Source: an uncultured Dehalococcoidia bacterium
GTDB lineage: Bacteria; Chloroflexota; Dehalococcoidia; Lucifugimonadales; UBA3495
Reading direction: 5' to 3'
Length of the DNA stretch: 64,000 nt
NCBI GenBank assembly: GCA_964502995.1
Contig: CAZCZB010000005.1
Location: 39,540-103,539, forward strand
Numbering within the stretch: the first letter of the stretch is position 1; every line of letters starts with the position of its first letter. Positions 26,317 to 37,500 of the stretch are shown piece after piece. A program made the position numbers and the translations under genes. The notes beneath the pieces are model-generated. The model was not told the origin of the DNA. It saw nothing but the letters and a program-made list of their open reading frames with translations, and did no database searches.

Positions 26317-28905
26317 TCAATTGCGTGTGTACTGGTAATACTCGGCCCGGTACCAGTCGGTCTCCTGGCGGCGCGTTACCAGGTATTCGATGGCCTGTTG
26401 CCATTTTTGCCGGTCGGTGGCGGTGTCGGTGAAGAAATCCACGTCAGCCGTCAACTGCTCCCATATCCCCGTTTCCTCGCGATTTTCGCCCGGCCGGCGG
26501 TAGGTTTCAGGATACCATAGCAGGTTGCGAAGGGGCCCCTCGCGTTCGTAGTCGGCAGCCTCCTCCGCTTCCACGGCGTGGGCAATCTCGGCCATGTACA
26601 CCGCAGGGCCGGTGTCCTGGCCCACCTTGCGGCATTCTTCCGAATCGCCATCGGCGTTGGCGGCGCAGAAGTGATCAAACCAGAGTGTACCGTCCTCCGT
26701 TTCGCCGCGCACGTACCATTGGAACGGATACCACATGTCGTAGTCCACCTTGACCGATGCGTGCTGCTCACCGACCAACGGGCCGCCTTTCAGTTCGGTG
26801 TACGAGTCGATCAGGTCGGCGGAACCCTGGGCATACGCCAGTATCTCCAGCCTGGAGTCGTCGTAAACATAGGCGGCGCGCCCGGCCGACACCGTGCCGA
26901 AAACCAGCAGTATCGCCGCGATGCCCAACGCCGCAACCCTGGCCCCGGAAGGCTGAACCCGCACCAGCCACGCAATCCCGACGGCCAACGGCAGCAGAAT
27001 CAACCCGGCCAACCAGAACGGGAGATTGCCGGCGTCCCCGCGAGCCGCGAGCCAGGCCGCCCAGACCGCCAGCAACAACCACATGGGCGCCAAGACGAGG
27101 AGCCCGGCCACGCGCCACCGTTCGGTTATCTCCGTGGGCCACCGGATGCCGTCCATCGTATGGCCGATTAACATGCCTGCCGCCAGCGCCAGCGGGACGG
27201 TGATGTTGACCAGCAGCCACGGCATTTTCTCGGCGGCGATTGTGTACATCACCAGCGATGCGATGACCCACCCGGCCAGTACCAGACCGAAGGGTTCGCG
27301 CCGCCGTATCAACCAGACCACCGCGACCAGCCCGAATACAAGCGCGATCAGTTCGTACACGGTCAACCCGACGGCGTAGTAGTACCAGGGCTGGTTGCCC
27401 CGGGCCACGTCCTGCTGCGCCAGCCAGTATCCGAGGCTCTGCCACGCGCCGGTGAAGACGCCGGGCCAGTTGGTGAAGAACGTGGTGTAGAGCGTTGACC
27501 AGATGGCGTAGAACAGAAAGGCGCACAGCACCCAGATGCCGCCGCCCCACGCGACGCCCACCGCGCCGCCCACGGTCAGCAGCAGGAGCAACGCCAGCAC
27601 GGGAACGATGTAGTTCACCGCTACCTTGCCGGTTTCCAGATCCGCGACCGGCGCCGCTGACGGCAGCAGTTCCGCCGCGATGCCCAGGCCGTCGCCGAAT
27701 GCCGTCAGCCACAGCCAGGTCCCGATTGCGGTGGCGCCCAGCAGCAGCATCATTCGCCGCCAGTTGCGCAGAGCCTCGGGAGCAACGAATGACATCGCGC
27801 CGCCCAGGAGCATCAGGCCGCCGCCGATGGCGCAGTCGATGTACGCGCCGCTCATTCCGGCATCGGGAAGCATCCCCTCGACGGGTCCCGCGACGACGAC
27901 CGCCACCGCCGCCGCCGCGCAAGTTGCCGCCACGCCGACGGCGGCCAGATCAAGCGGCCCGCGGACGCGCCACCCGAAGCGCGCGAGTCCGGCAAACACC
28001 GCCAGCGCTCCGGCCAGCGCGACCAGGTGCATCCAGGTCGGCGCATCCCATACGGGCAGGGACACGAACGGCGCTTCCCAGACCGGGGCGCCGGTTTCCC
28101 CGGTCGATCCGCTGTCTTCGGCCGCCAGCGTCAACCCCAGCGGTTTCTGGATCACCGAAATGGCCGCCGCCGCCTGGGGCAGCGTCAGCGTGGCCATCAG
28201 CACGAAGAATCCCGCCGCGCCGCCCATGTTGGCGAGGGCGGATCGCCGGCGCACCACGTTCCAGACCGCGCGCCATCCCAATGCCAACGCTGCCAGCCCC
28301 ATGAACAGAATCACGAAGTAGGCTGTTTCCTTGGACGCCAGCATCAACGCCGTCACCGTCGCCGCGCCGACGAGATACCGCGCCCGGCTGCTCTGCGTAT
28401 ATCGCCAAAGGAATATGAGCAGCAGCGCCGCCCACACCACCATCAGAATGTCGTTGCGTCCGAATCGGCTGAAGTATAGCAACGACGGCGACAAAGCCAG
28501 TATCACCGCCGCGCACAGGGCGCCCTTGTCGCCAATCTCTCGCCGCATGAAGTAGGGCAGCCCCACCATCGCGACGCCAAACAGCGCGTAGGGCAGTCGC
28601 GCCACGAAATCGGTATCTCCAAGTACCTTGATGAATACCGCCACCATCTCGATCTGCAGCGGGCCGTGCATCCACGGCGAGTGCAGGAACTCGACGCCCC
28701 GCGCCAGTTTCCAGGCGTAATGGAGGTGGATGGCCTCGTCGTAGTGCATGACGCGCCCGTCCAGTTCCCACAGGCGCATCACCGCGGCCACCAGCGCCAC
28801 CAACACGAAAGCCCATTCCAGGCGACCCAGTCGGGGGCGTCGCCACAGGGACGGGCTCATCGCGTCCGAAACGCGGGAGCGGACGGTGTGCAGGGCGTAA
28901 AACAC
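26317..28905 (-). CDS. Large polytopic GT-C-fold membrane protein (ArnT/PMT-like; resembles TIGR03663/Agl23-type proteins)
   Basis: More than 15 hydrophobic helices. The N-terminal motif is RLWELDGRVMHYDEAIHLHYAW. A soluble C-terminal domain follows. It neighbours a flippase-like gene. An alternative start lies at 28860. Confidence 0.6.
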   Translation of the reverse strand: MFYALHTVRSRVSDAMSPSLWRRPRLGRLEWAFVLVALVAAVMRLWELDGRVMHYDEAIHLHYAWKLARGVEFLHSPWMHGPLQIEMVAVFIKVLGDTDFVARLPYALFGVAMVGLPYFMRREIGDKGALCAAVILALSPSLLYFSRFGRNDILMVVWAALLLIFLWRYTQSSRARYLVGAATVTALMLASKETAYFVILFMGLAALALGWRAVWNVVRRRSALANMGGAAGFFVLMATLTLPQAAAAISVIQKPLGLTLAAEDSGSTGETGAPVWEAPFVSLPVWDAPTWMHLVALAGALAVFAGLARFGWRVRGPLDLAAVGVAATCAAAAVAVVVAGPVEGMLPDAGMSGAYIDCAIGGGLMLLGGAMSFVAPEALRNWRRMMLLLGATAIGTWLWLTAFGDGLGIAAELLPSAAPVADLETGKVAVNYIVPVLALLLLLTVGGAVGVAWGGGIWVLCAFLFYAIWSTLYTTFFTNWPGVFTGAWQSLGYWLAQQDVARGNQPWYYYAVGLTVYELIALVFGLVAVVWLIRRREPFGLVLAGWVIASLVMYTIAAEKMPWLLVNITVPLALAAGMLIGHTMDGIRWPTEITERWRVAGLLVLAPMWLLLAVWAAWLAARGDAGNLPFWLAGLILLPLAVGIAWLVRVQPSGARVAALGIAAILLVFGTVSAGRAAYVYDDSRLEILAYAQGSADLIDSYTELKGGPLVGEQHASVKVDYDMWYPFQWYVRGETEDGTLWFDHFCAANADGDSEECRKVGQDTGPAVYMAEIAHAVEAEEAADYEREGPLRNLLWYPETYRRPGENREETGIWEQLTADVDFFTDTATDRQKWQQAIEYLVTRRQETDWYRAEYYQYTRN

Positions 28906-29198
28906 TGTACGGGTTACGTAGGCAACTGGCCGCGCGGATTGAGCGTCAGCGCGACATTAGTGGAGTCAAAATCGCCAGCGATTATACCCGCCTTCGCTCA
29001 ACCCGTTTGATTCGGCTGCATCCTGCGCAGGGAAATCAAAGCATCCTCTTCGTTTGCGCGACAGTAGCGTGTGCGCCCGAAGCGGGCGGGAATCCAGTCC
29101 TCGCAATTGTTGTGTCATGCTGCGGTTCGTTCCCCATTCTGTGAATGGGCTGGTGATTCCGCAGGAGGGCAGGACGATTGCCAACCTGCCCGTACACC

Positions 29199-29750
29199 CT
29201 AGCCGAGGATGGTATCGGAGTCTCCGGCCGCCGTCGCCGCCTCAATCGCACGATCAAGATTGCGACGACTGGCCTGCGTAGATGGGTGTTCGGGACCCAG
29301 GACATCGCCCCGGTCGCCGGTGTTGCGCCGGTGCAGCGCTTCCGCTTCCCCATACCGTCCGGCTACGTGCAGGGCGTTGCCTAGGCTGCCACGGCTGCGC
29401 AGAGTATCGGGGTGGTCTTCTCCCAGAACCGCGGCCCGCGCTTCAAACAACTCCCGAAACATTGCGATGGCGACGGCGGTATGGCCCGCTGCGTAGTGGC
29501 AGTTGGCCAGGCTGCTGCGATACCGGAGAGTCTGCGGATGGTCGCTCCCATGCTCCTCCACGCTGCCCGCAACGGTGACGGCGAACCGGCGCAGGGCTTC
29601 GTCGTAGTTTCCCGCCGCACGATGGGCGTGGGCAAGCCGGTGCTGGGCGGCCAGCAATCGTTGCGGATTGTTGGCGGAATCGGACTGGGCAGATTCCAAC
29701 TCTGCCAATCGCTGTCGAATTCTGTCTGTCAAAACTGGCGGCACGCTCAT
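29199..29750 (-). CDS. Tetratricopeptide (TPR_10/12-type) repeat protein
   Basis: Repeated A(G)xYxEA...LGxxHPDTL units occur three to four times. Confidence 0.7.
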   Translation of the reverse strand: MSVPPVLTDRIRQRLAELESAQSDSANNPQRLLAAQHRLAHAHRAAGNYDEALRRFAVTVAGSVEEHGSDHPQTLRYRSSLANCHYAAGHTAVAIAMFRELFEARAAVLGEDHPDTLRSRGSLGNALHVAGRYGEAEALHRRNTGDRGDVLGPEHPSTQASRRNLDRAIEAATAAGDSDTILG

Positions 29751-29857
29751 GAGGCATCACGGATAATCGGTATCATGCGCAACATTGTGGCATCCTGGCG
29801 GACTGGAAGCAATTCGACGGCGCGGTCCACGAAAGCCCATTCGCGCCCGGAAATTCA

Positions 29858-29964
29858 TCAGAATCAGGATTTACATGACGTGCAGATTCACATGATCGGC
29901 ATGGCTGACCTGTGCAACCGTCCCAATCCCGAAAATCCGATAATCCCAAAAATCCTGATTCTGA
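29858..29964. repeat. Perfect 15-bp inverted repeat pair enclosing 77 bp
   Basis: tcagaatcaggattt (29858-29872) pairs with aaatcctgattctga (29950-29964). Confidence 0.85.
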
Positions 29965-30087
29965 CAAGTCCCCCGAAAACGCGATGCCCGCCGGGTCGCC
30001 GGGTCGCCCCCGCGCTCTGATAGAATGACGCCGGCCGGCTCGCGCAATGATCCGGCGCAGACGGATTGTGACAGGAGATCATTGAAC

Positions 30088-31023
30088 ATGGCAAAAGTAG
30101 GATTTATCGGCCTGGGCACCATGGGCGCCAGCATGGCCTACAACTGCCTCAGCGGCGGAAACGACATGGTCGTTCACGACATCCGGCGCGAGGCCGCCAC
30201 CCAGCATCTAGAAGCCGGCGCAACCTGGGCCGACACCCCCCGCGAGGTTGCCGAGTCCACCGACGTGGTGTTCACGTCCCTGCCCGGGCCGGTGGAAGTG
30301 GAGGCGGTGTCGCTGGGCGAGGACGGCATAATGTCCGGCATGTCGGCGGGCAAGACCTATTTTGACCTGAGCACCAGTTCGCCCACCCTCATCCGGCAAA
30401 TCCACGACCGTGTCGCGCCCCAGGGCATCAACGTGCTGGACGCTCCGGTCAGCGGCGGCCCGGCCGGCGCAGCCAGCGGACGCCTGGCCATCTGGGTCGG
30501 CGGCGACAAGGACGTGTTCGACCAGCACAAGGCCGTGCTGGACTCCATCGGCGACGCCGCCTACTACGTGGGCCCCATCGGCAGCGGCTCCGTCGCCAAG
30601 CTGGTCCACAACTGCGCGGGATACATTGTGCAGACCGCGCTGGCCGAGGTGTTCACCATGGGCATCAAGGCCGGCGTGGATCCTTTGGCCCTGTGGCTTG
30701 CCGTCCGCAAGGGCGCCGGCGGACGCCGGGGCATGTTCGAAGGGCTGGCCCAGCACTTCCTGATCAACGACTACGATCCGCCGGACTTCGCCCTGCGCCT
30801 CGCCCGCAAGGACGTTGACCTCGCCGTGGCGGTGGGTCGCGAGTTCGACGTTCCCATGAAACTCGCCAACACCACCCTGGCCGAAATGACCGAGGCGCTC
30901 AACCGCGGTTGGGCCGGCCGCGACTCCCGCGTGGCAATGCTGCTTCAGCAGGAGCGCGCCGGAATCGAGTTCGAGGTTGACCCCGAGGATTTGCGGCGCG
31001 CGTTGGAGGAGCAGGGCGGTTAA
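30088..31023 (+). CDS. NAD(P)-dependent 3-hydroxyisobutyrate-dehydrogenase-family oxidoreductase
   Basis: Starts MAKVGFIGLGTMGASMA, with an AGGAGA Shine-Dalgarno sequence. It also has LDAPVSGG and GSGSVAKLVHN. Confidence 0.8.
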   Translation: MAKVGFIGLGTMGASMAYNCLSGGNDMVVHDIRREAATQHLEAGATWADTPREVAESTDVVFTSLPGPVEVEAVSLGEDGIMSGMSAGKTYFDLSTSSPTLIRQIHDRVAPQGINVLDAPVSGGPAGAASGRLAIWVGGDKDVFDQHKAVLDSIGDAAYYVGPIGSGSVAKLVHNCAGYIVQTALAEVFTMGIKAGVDPLALWLAVRKGAGGRRGMFEGLAQHFLINDYDPPDFALRLARKDVDLAVAVGREFDVPMKLANTTLAEMTEALNRGWAGRDSRVAMLLQQERAGIEFEVDPEDLRRALEEQGG

Positions 31024-31076
31024 CGCTGTGGGTGGCCGGAAGCAACACTGCACGGAGTGAGTCTCCATCGAAAATA

Positions 31077-31099
31077 GGGGCGGGTTTGAAACCCGCCCC
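31077..31099. repeat. REP family B copy
   Basis: ggggcgggtttgaaacccgcccc. Confidence 0.85.
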
Positions 31100-31150
31100 G
31101 ACCGTTATCGGCAACGTACCTCTTGGCCCGCGCTGACGCGGAACGCGTCT

Positions 31151-31759
31151 CTAGGCAGATATTGATTCCGCCGGACGTGGGCGGAACTTCAGGCTCCAGA
31201 AATGCACCACGCCGATGGATACAAAGATGCCCACGCAGTACCAGATTATTCCCCACGACACGTTGAACAACGCTTTGGCCAAAACGATCGAGGAGACGTA
31301 GGCGAACGCGAGTGTGAGAGTGGTGCTGCGGGTGCGCCACAGGACGGCCATGGTGGGCAGCGCGACGAGCAATACGGGGCCGGTCAATACCGCGAAGGTT
31401 ACGCCCAGAGCGGACGCCGCGCCGCGTCCTCCGTGGAACCGGAGCCAAACCGGCCAAACGTGTCCGGCGATGGCGGCAGCCCCGCTCAGCATCGCCGGTC
31501 CGGATATCGTGTCCCACGATCCGAGCAGGGAGTTTATCAACATCACCGGGGCCGCGCCCTTGGCGATGTCCACGATGCCAACGAATATGCCCCAGCGGGC
31601 TCCGAGAACTCGGCCAACGTTGGCCGCGCCGGCGTTCCCGTCGCCGGACAGCCTGATGTCGGCAACCTGCCTACCGACCCGTTGAGTAACCAGATGAGCG
31701 GTTGGCAGGCTGCCCAGCAAGTAGCCCAGCAGGATGGCAGCGCCGGACAGCCAAACCAT
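31151..31759 (-). CDS. plsY: Glycerol-3-phosphate acyltransferase PlsY
   Basis: LLGYLLGSLPTAHLV, SGDGNAGAANVGR and DIAKG motifs in a 202-aa polytopic protein. Confidence 0.85.
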   Translation of the reverse strand: MVWLSGAAILLGYLLGSLPTAHLVTQRVGRQVADIRLSGDGNAGAANVGRVLGARWGIFVGIVDIAKGAAPVMLINSLLGSWDTISGPAMLSGAAAIAGHVWPVWLRFHGGRGAASALGVTFAVLTGPVLLVALPTMAVLWRTRSTTLTLAFAYVSSIVLAKALFNVSWGIIWYCVGIFVSIGVVHFWSLKFRPRPAESISA

Positions 31760-31773
31760 TTGTCACCTTTCCG

Positions 31774-32754
31774 TCAGGCTGGCACCAGATTGCCGGTTTT
31801 GACCTGCGTACACCAGTGCCGGTACTTGGGGTTGTTGCCCACCACGATATCGAAGTACATTCGCTGCAATTCGCTGGTGATGGGGCCGGGCTCTCCGTTG
31901 CCAATGGGACGGCAGTCCAGTTCGACCACGGGAGTGAGGTGCGCCGCAGTTCCGCTGAGGAACACCTCGTCGGCCAGGTACAGCTCGCTGCGGTCGATGG
32001 TGCGCATGTCGATTTCCAGGCCGAGTTCAGCGCTGGCAAGCTGCATTACCGTGTCGCGGGTGATGCCGCCCAGCGCGTTGTCCTCCAGGCCCGGCGTATA
32101 GACGCGGCCGTTCTTCACCATGAAGAGGTTTTCGCCGGAGCCTTCGGATACATGGCCGTCGTGGTTCAGCAGGATGGCCTCGTCGAATCCGCTCAGCGTG
32201 GCCTCGGTCTTGGCAAGGATGCTGTTGACGTAGATTCCGCACGCCTTGATACGCGCCGGGATCATCGGATCATCGACCCGCCGCCACGATGACGTGCAGC
32301 AGCGAAGGCGGTCGCTTCCCAGGTAGTTGCCGAACGGGACGGTGATCAGCGTGAAGTCGGCGGCCAGGTCCTGCAACTTCAGGTTCGCCACCAGTTCCTC
32401 GCTCTTGTAGGCCAGCGGTCGGATGTAAATGTCGCTGACGTGCCGGTTGCGCTCAACCAACTGGGTGGTGATGTCGCACAACTCGTCGGCGGTGTATGGG
32501 ATGTCCAGCATCAGGATCCGGCAGCCGTCCAGCAGGCGAACGTAATGCTCACGCATCCGGAATATATTGATGGATTCCTGTTCCTGGTTCCAGTTGCCGC
32601 GGATGCCTTCGAAAACGCCGGTGCCGTAGTGCAGGGCATGGGTCATTACGCTTACCTTGGCCTCGCTTACCGGTACGAACTGGCCGCGGAAGAACACCTG
32701 CAGTTCGTCGGCGTTGAAGGTAGCCTGGCCGTTGGTAGTGGCGTTGGTAGTCAC
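31774..32754 (-). CDS. ilvE: Branched-chain amino-acid aminotransferase (class IV)
   Basis: Contains HYGTGVFEGIR, and EGSGENLF...TPGLEDNALGGITR. A GTG at 32754 is preceded by AAGGGGG. The ORF is open to 32841. Confidence 0.85.
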   Translation of the reverse strand: MTTNATTNGQATFNADELQVFFRGQFVPVSEAKVSVMTHALHYGTGVFEGIRGNWNQEQESINIFRMREHYVRLLDGCRILMLDIPYTADELCDITTQLVERNRHVSDIYIRPLAYKSEELVANLKLQDLAADFTLITVPFGNYLGSDRLRCCTSSWRRVDDPMIPARIKACGIYVNSILAKTEATLSGFDEAILLNHDGHVSEGSGENLFMVKNGRVYTPGLEDNALGGITRDTVMQLASAELGLEIDMRTIDRSELYLADEVFLSGTAAHLTPVVELDCRPIGNGEPGPITSELQRMYFDIVVGNNPKYRHWCTQVKTGNLVPA

Positions 32755-33215
32755 GTAATGCCCCCTTTGAGCAAAGATTCGGTTCATTATAGCGTTGACA
32801 CCGCCGAGTTGCCAATTGCGCAAGCGGTCGCAAACTTGCAAAGTTCAGCAGATCGCCGGGAATCGAATCCGTCATGCAACCGCGTTTTCGCCGCACCCCA
32901 GGATTCCTGCGGACGAGTCAACAACATCGTGCGAACAGAAACGATCGGCGATGCCTGGCGAGAAGCGCGAAATTGAGACCCCTATATGTCGGAATCACCG
33001 GTGGATACCGCAGGATATTGGCAACATTCCAAAAATTGCCAAAATCGGCATTGGGGTTATGTCTCGCGACTTCTCCTTTGTTTGATATAAAAAAGTAGCC
33101 ACAAGGAGCGCTGGCTGCTCGCCTGTTGTGACCAACAACGTGCCTGCGCTCCGCACTATACAAAACACGCCTGACCGAGCGCTGCATAGCTGGCAGGGCG
33201 AGGAAGGAATCTTAA

Positions 33216-33911
33216 ATGCCTGATCAATTTTCGGACGAACTCACCCAACGACTGCGCAAAGCCGAGGAAGCCGCCGCATACGTAGAACGGCTGGAATCCC
33301 TGGCGTCAGAGGCGCCCGCGTTGCGCGAACGGGTCACTCTGCTGCAACGGATGCAGGAACGCGAACAGCACCGCGACGATGCGCTCGAACGTGCCCAAAC
33401 CGCGTTGGCCGCAGCAAACGAGGCCCAGGGAAACCTTCCTGAAATCATCGCCAGCGCGGCCAACCTGGTGAACCAGTTGGCGATAACCCTGCGCGAGATC
33501 GATACCTACGTGCGCGAAGCCACCACTTCTCTCAGTGTGGTTGACCGCATGGACTACGAGGACGAAATGGAGCGGGTTACTGAACCAATAGGTGGCGAGG
33601 ACGATGAAACCGCCCGCGACCCGCAGTCTGCTCGCATGATCATAGCGGCGCGCCACGGGTCCACCCGCGTCCGGCAGATGATTGACCAAATGTCTCCGGG
33701 ATTCGAGGTGTTCGCCGGCTGCGATCTGGACGCCGTGCCCATGCGCCGCGAACTGACCACCATGATCATGGCCCAATTGGCCTCGGAAGTGGAATCCAGC
33801 CGACCCCAGCAGCGCCGGGCTGCGCCTCCGCCTCCTCCACCGCCGCAGACGTTCGATCCCGCGCCGGCGGTCTCCCAGCAATCCTCCGCCGACAGCGATC
33901 CCTTCGCATAA
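33216..33911 (+). CDS. Hypothetical coiled-coil protein with a poly-Pro C-terminus
   Basis: Shine-Dalgarno GAGGAAGGA; strong third-position G+C. I recognise no family. Confidence 0.5.
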   Translation: MPDQFSDELTQRLRKAEEAAAYVERLESLASEAPALRERVTLLQRMQEREQHRDDALERAQTALAAANEAQGNLPEIIASAANLVNQLAITLREIDTYVREATTSLSVVDRMDYEDEMERVTEPIGGEDDETARDPQSARMIIAARHGSTRVRQMIDQMSPGFEVFAGCDLDAVPMRRELTTMIMAQLASEVESSRPQQRRAAPPPPPPPQTFDPAPAVSQQSSADSDPFA

Positions 33912-33938
33912 CCCGCAACACACAACCGGCGAATCCAC

Positions 33939-33969
33939 GGGGCCGATGCCGAGTCGGCCCCTTTTCTTT
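33939..33969 (+). terminator. Intrinsic terminator
   Basis: An 8-bp stem ggggccga/tcggcccc with a 7-nt loop, followed by ttttcttt. Confidence 0.7.
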
Positions 33970-34447
33970 GCCCGGCACACCGCAGGCCGCCACTGCAGCA
34001 TTCTCGCTGGACGGTCGTTATCCACAATCCCGTGGTGGCGCGCATCTTTCCGGTCCCGGCGGGATTGCGGCCGCGCCGACGCCGCGCGTCGTGAATCCTC
34101 CCTCAATCCCGCCTGTGGCCGGATATTGGCGATGGATGAAAGGGGTTCATGGTTCGACAGGATCACCAATAGATAGATACTGGCAAGTGCGCCAATAACG
34201 GACTGCTGGTGAGTGCGCCAACGACAGCGAGGACCTGCCTCCGTCGCCGTCGCCCGTTTCCCGTCCCATCCGGGTATGGTATCCTTCCTGCGCTTGGCCT
34301 CAACGGGGCCAGGCATAGATTTGCGCAGAGATAACCGCACTGGCATAACGGCCTGCCCAACATCAGCCGTGGTGATCGCAGATTCCTGATCCGTGCGGGT
34401 CGTGTTTGCTTTGATAGTCGTAGAAACAGCGCCACCGCATGGTCTCA

Positions 34448-34470
34448 GGGGCGGGCATGAAACCCGCCCC
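34448..34470. repeat. REP family B copy
   Basis: ggggcgggcatgaaacccgcccc. Confidence 0.8.
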
Positions 34471-34502
34471 TGCCAACGCCGGCGCGCGCGCCTCGTGGCC
34501 TG

Positions 34503-37500
34503 ATGCGGAACATTGGTCTGCTGCTCTGGTTGTTGCCGCGACGGATTCGTTCGGCGTGGGGTCTGCTGGCCGTAACCGCATTCGGCGTCCTGGCCGCCGT
34601 TACCATCATGGCGCTGGGCGCGATGTATTCGCAGGCCCTGGCCGAAGCCGGCCTGCGTCACTCGCTGGCGGTTGCCTCTCCTTCGGTGATCAACACCCAG
34701 GTTGTCGTTCGCAACCGTCCCATGTCTCCCGAGGACTATACCGCCCTGCGCGGCAAGATCGAGGGCATCATCGACGCCGATGTGGACTACCTGGTGCGGG
34801 ACAGCAACCGGTACGCCAGGATGCTGCCATCCCTTCCTCTTACCCGCGACGGCATGCCCTATGGAATCTCGGACGCGCCGCTGGGCCGGCCGTTCTTTGT
34901 AACCCGTTTCACCGAGCATACCCGGCTGGTGGAGGGCAAGTGGCCGTCGGACGGAGTGGCGATGGACCCGTCGGGCTGCGCCGATGTCGGCGGGTGCCCG
35001 AGCATCGAAGGCGTGCTGGGAGTGGATACCCTGCGCTTGCTGGGCTGGGACGTGGGACAGAGAACCTGGATGGTGGTGTTCGAAGGGGACGAGTCCGAGC
35101 CACCCGAGTTCATCGCCGTGGACATCGTCGGCAGCGTGGAGCCCATCGACCCCCGGGCAGAATACTGGATGGGAGCCACCGACTATTTCCGCATCGGCGA
35201 TTGGGACAATCAGCCCGTCGCGCCCATCTACGTTACCGAAAACGCTTATTTCAACGGCATTGGACAGCCTCATCCCACGCTGGTGGGAGACTACGGCTGG
35301 CTCCTGTACCTGCAGACAGACACGATCACCGCCAGCACGGTGCAGAAAACCAGGGACGACCTGACTGCACTGGAAATCGACGTCAACAACGAACTGCCCC
35401 GCTCCTACGTTCTGACGGGACTTGAAAACAGCCGAGGCACCGGACTGCTGGCCTCATATCAACGTGAGTTGACGCTGGCTCGCGCGCCGTTGTTCCTGTT
35501 CATATCGCTGGTGGTCGTGGTGATCCTGTACTTCCTGGCGTTGGCGGTGGGACTGTTGGCCGGGGCCCGTTCGGCGGAATCGTCCATGCTGCGCAGCCGG
35601 GGCGCCAGCGTGGGACAGGTGGGCGGCCTGCTGGCGGTGGGAGAAGGGGTCATCGTCGTCATTGCGACGGCCATCGGCCCGCTGATTGCCTGGGGCATCG
35701 GCAGCCTTTTTCTCATCGGCTCCATAGACCCGGCATCGCGGGCAGGCGTGGGCGAGGTCCCGCTGGACGTGACCCTGTCGTGGCAAATGTACGCCATGGG
35801 CGCGGTGGGCGGCCTGCTGAGCCTGGCGGTGCTAACCATCGCCGGCGGCAGCCTGGCCCGCCTGGGCATTCTGGACTTCCTGCGCGCCCGCGCCCGCCCG
35901 CCGTCGGCCCCGTGGATGCAGCGGTACTACATCGACGTGCTGGTAGTGGTCGCGCTGGGGGTGCTCATCTGGCAGATCCGCCAGCGCGGCGGATTCGTCG
36001 AGGGCGAATTGGCCGGGCGCGGCCCGGCGCTGGACCCATCCCTTCTGCTCGCGCCTTCGGCGGCGCTTTTGGCGCTGGCATTCGTGATGCTGCGCGCGCT
36101 GCCGTGGGTCATGGTGGCTACGTCATGGGTTGCCCAGAGATCCGCGCCGGCGTGGGTTTCATTGTCCCTGCGACAGATGGCCCGCCGTCCGCTGCCCTAC
36201 GCGTCGCTCACGGTGGTGGTGACCATGGCCGCCGCGCTGGGAGTGTTCGCGGGGTCCTTCCAGACTACGCTGGCCCGCAGCGAGGCCGATCAGGCCAGCC
36301 ATCGCGTCGGCGGCGACATGGTGCTGGCGGGGGCCAAATTCCAGGGCAGTACCGAAGAGACGCGCATCGCACGCCTGCACGACATCGAGGGAGTGGAGGA
36401 CTTTTCCGCCGTCATACGAAAATCCGTCGGCTTTCTTGACGGGGGAACACAGCGGGGAGTCGTGCTGGGCGTCGACCCGATCACAATGCCCCAGGCCTCA
36501 TGGTGGCGCGACGATTTCGTCGAAGGAGAACCCGCGCCGCTGGACACCGTTCTCGCGCCCCTGCGGCGCACCTTGACTCCGGAGGCCGCCGGCGTCGAGT
36601 TGCCGCCCGGCACCGAGCAGGTCAGCATCAGGGTCAGGCGCGACGACGGAGTCCAGGCCGGAGCCGCCGTGCCGCTGCCCAGTTACCGGCTGTGGGTCCG
36701 CATCGGCAATCAGCGCGGATTCTACCGCACGCTGGAAATGGGAACGCTGGCTCCCCAGTTCGGACAGGACGATGCGTGGCAGCACCTCACGGGCGTGATG
36801 CCCGACGAGAGCACGACCGCCTCCGCCGAGGACCAGTGGCGCGTGGTTGCGGTGTACATATCGGGCGATACCTTCTCGCGCACTCCACCCGGCGGCCTTT
36901 CCTTTGATAACATTGTCGCCCTCGGGCGCACTCTGCCGCCGGACGGACAGCTTGTTGAAGGCTTTGAGGAGGTGGGCGCTTGGACGGCGCTGCCCCAAGG
37001 CGGCAACGCGCCCGACCGCACCGAGAGATCCGCCGAGGCCGCCTACGCCGGCGATGCCGGCCTGGCCGTGCGCTGGGAAGAACCGTTGGGCCGCTCACCG
37101 CGCGGCATCGTCATACCGCCGGGTCAACTGCCACTGCCCTCCGTTGCCAATGCGGGATTCGAGGTGGGGCAGTCGGTGCGAATCACCGTCGACGGCTACG
37201 TCGTGCCCACGCGAGTGACGAGTGTTGTCAAACATTATCCCACCATGGACGACGGCCGGCCTTTCGTTGTCGTTTCCGTGCATGAACTGAGGGCGTGGCT
37301 TGACCAGGCTCCGGGGGCGCAACCCATTACGCCCGGCGAATGGTGGTTCGACATCGCCGACGACCCGGGTCTGGACCGGACGGCAGTGGCTGCCGAAATC
37401 CTTGACGTGGGCTATCGGCTCTCGTTCTTGCGCGACCGGGACCACGCCGTGGACCTGGCGACCCGCAACCCCCTGGCCGGCGGAGCGTGGGATGCGCTGA

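Noticed and set aside
26768-27922. 384-aa Arg/Gly-rich ORF in an alternative frame of the GT-C membrane protein gene
   Set aside because: It lies on the same strand but out of frame, is extremely Arg-rich, and shows no start context. The overlapping frame encodes a coherent polytopic protein.
33306-35273. 655-aa minus-strand ORF spanning two genes and an intergenic region
   Set aside because: It runs through a terminator, a REP element and the start of the FtsX gene. The sequence is Arg/Gly/His-rich with no motif, and the plus-strand genes are well supported.
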